Source: Octopus vulgaris
Taxonomy: Eukaryota
Assembly: GCA_951406725.2 (NCBI GenBank)
Contig: OX597833.1
Coordinates: 71,486,001-71,550,000 of the forward strand
DNA: 64,000 nt
Direction: 5' to 3'
A program made the position numbers and the translations under genes. Below are positions 62,349 through 64,000 of this stretch, piece after piece; positions within the stretch are counted from its first letter, which is position 1, and each line of letters begins with the position of its first letter. The notes under the pieces are model-generated. The model saw only the letters and a program-made list of their open reading frames with translations. It did not search any database and was not told the DNA's origin.

Positions 62349-63030
62349 TGTATACACACACACGCGCATGCAACCAAACATATTTATGAGTTTTCAAAAT
62401 TACGTAAACACGTGACGTTAACGGTATATTTAGAAATTTTATTTTTATACAATAAAAGAAAGCCCCGCTCTGTTATATTCGTTATTGCCAATTTGTCAAA
62501 TGCTTTCCGATGAACCTCTGGGTTTTTCAGTTACTCATTTAGTATTCACAGCTAATAAAAAATTTTATATATATATATATATATCCTTGAATTATCGCTC
62601 TAACTTCCACAGTTTATGGCAGCAATTAAATAAATATTATTTTATTTTCCGACAAGAAGGTGTGCCACCCTGTCATGAGATTGAGTGTTTGAGTGTTTCT
62701 GGTCGATTGGAAGAAGCAGTCCAGTTCCGTGGCCACCACCAAGGTCACCAGATATAACCCCTTCAGACTTCTTCTTATAGAGCTCCATTGAAAACAGAGT
62801 TTGTTGTACAAAGGTTCAAGACCTCAATGATCTCAGGGACAAAAACATGCACAGCCATATTAATGGCTGTGCATCCCGTCAATGAGGGGATGCTCCAACG
62901 CACATGCTCAAAAGCTGAGGATCAAATGGATGTGAGCGACAAACAGAACCCACTTGCAACTGTTTTGTAATGTTTCTAACGAAACTTCATCTGTTTGCCA
63001 ATATTTTTTGAATTTTTCAACATCTAAAGG

Positions 63031-63080
<50 letters not shown>

Positions 63081-63081
63081 C

Positions 63082-63270
63082 GGGAAGGTTTACGAAAATA
63101 AACAAAAGACGAAGGCAGGTGGGAAACAAACAAACAATTGTATTAGTATGGCGCTCAGGAATAGAAATAAAACAAGTCTTTTACATTTCGAGCCTACGCT
63201 CTTCGACAGAAAGATACACAGAAAAGAAACAAGGTGAGAAAAAAATTGCGTGTAGGAGCTAACGGCCCAT
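63082..63270 (-). mobile_element. Short (TA)n-embedded element with hammerhead-like fold
   Basis: Minus strand CTTT-CTGTCGA-A-GAGC-gtag-GCTC-GAAA-T-GTA-AAAG at 63213-63178; homologous to 36458-36616; (TA)n on both sides. Confidence 0.7.
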
Positions 63271-63271
63271 C

Positions 63272-63373
<102 letters not shown>

Positions 63374-63380
63374 TAGATAG

Positions 63381-63423
<43 letters not shown>

Positions 63424-64000
63424 TGGATGGATGGATAGATAGACAACAGGTAGATAGATAGACGGACAGGCACGTGTGTGTTTGCGTGTAAGTGGATGTG
63501 TGTGAATACAATAATTTTTTTTATCCGTGGTTTAATTACTTCTAACTTCCAACATACAATAATATAATTATTTTATCGTTCTTTAATTTGTTTTATTTGT
63601 TTCTGTCATTTATTGATGGGGCGTAGTTTTGAATGATTTAGTCGTAACTCGGAATATTCTCAGTTAATAAATTTAAATTATATACACGTACCCATACACA
63701 AACATACATACATATGTATATATGCACACGTATGCATGTGTATGTGTGTGCTTGCGTGCGTATATTAATGTGGTCTATGTATGTTGCAAGGCGGTACAAT
63801 TAATTAATTCTTTGGTCTGAGCACAACTGCCACCCACCCACGCTTCTACCCGCCTTCTCTTTACCAGCACGAAGAAGAAGACATCGCGAAAAATGTTGGG
63901 CGGCGCCCTTTCGCATGGAATTACACAATTAAAACATGACGCCAAAGGATAAAGAACAACCTACGTTGGTTCGCTTTGCCATGTTTAACCACCGACCTCA

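Overview
AT-rich animal genomic DNA, dense in microsatellites and SINEs. The repeat landscape and the C2H2 gene are consistent with an octopus or other coleoid cephalopod; this is inference, not a database match. Only one protein-coding gene is clear: an uninterrupted 930-aa C2H2 zinc-finger CDS on the minus strand (26415-29207). It has a splice acceptor at 29397 and a candidate non-coding first exon ending at ~43213. The rest is mostly mobile DNA: at least four SINE-like families, piggyBac-type, Merlin-like and hAT-like MITEs, a non-autonomous Helitron with a nested RTE fragment, mariner relics, CR1, RTE, R4-like and Penelope fragments, and a probable solo LTR. The most notable observations are: (i) short elements, mostly embedded in (TA)n, with a hammerhead-ribozyme-like fold, covarying stems and a second shared motif; (ii) fold-back MITEs with 8-bp target-site duplications (TSDs) and telomere-like cores; (iii) a palindromic octamer/CCAAT/ETS module that looks like a bidirectional promoter, next to a candidate spliced 52-aa microprotein; (iv) a near-perfect 350-bp palindrome; (v) a repeated two-finger module in the ZNF; (vi) a 37-bp templated inverted insertion in a mariner relic. 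Almost all other entries in the ORF track are artefacts of microsatellites or repeats. Coordinates were counted by eye; ends of degenerate repeats are approximate.
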